Below, in pieces: positions 51,737-51,756 of a DNA stretch of 51,756 bases (within the stretch, counting starts at the first letter, position 1; each line of letters opens with the position of its first letter). This stretch comes from Octopus bimaculoides (lineage: Eukaryota). The DNA lies in contig NC_068990.1 of assembly GCF_001194135.2 (NCBI RefSeq), positions 82,655,192-82,706,947 of the forward strand, written 5' to 3'. The notes under the pieces are model-generated. The model made no database searches. It saw nothing but the letters and a program-made list of their open reading frames with translations, and was not told where the DNA came from. The position numbers and the translations under genes are program-made.

Positions 51737-51740
51737 GTTG
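51641..51740. repeat. (ATT)n microsatellite
   Basis: Seen directly. Source of the poly-Ile ORF. Confidence 0.98.
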
Positions 51741-51756
51741 TAATTAGATGAATCGC

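Overview
AT-rich, microsatellite-dense animal non-coding DNA (intron or intergenic) from a gapped assembly with 6 N-gaps. It is probably a coleoid cephalopod such as octopus; this is inferred from the SINE families and repeat landscape, not proven. I can support no intact host protein-coding gene, rRNA, tRNA or CRISPR array. Almost all ORF-track entries are microsatellite read-throughs or transposon remnants. Recognisable content: more than 20 copies of three tRNA-derived SINE families (several as head-to-tail arrays, one head-to-head inverted pair); two R4/Dong-type LINE remnants nested in a (TAA)n tract; a CR1/L2-type RT remnant; L1/Tx1-type ORF1 and ORF2 remnants; two Penelope-like remnants, one with a clear GIY-YIG endonuclease; a decayed Chapaev-type (CMC) transposase with its right TIR; and a TA-flanked MITE. 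Best leads: (1) a minimal type-I hammerhead-ribozyme fold with a non-canonical U at core position 6, in a ~180-bp element embedded in (TA)n (5465-5500); (2) the inverted SINE pair as a candidate ADAR substrate; (3) a 46-nt segment with splice-site-like ends present twice, 29 kb apart; (4) several in-frame microexon candidates, which are weak without RNA data. Family assignments rest on my recollection of protein and repeat motifs; no database searches were run.
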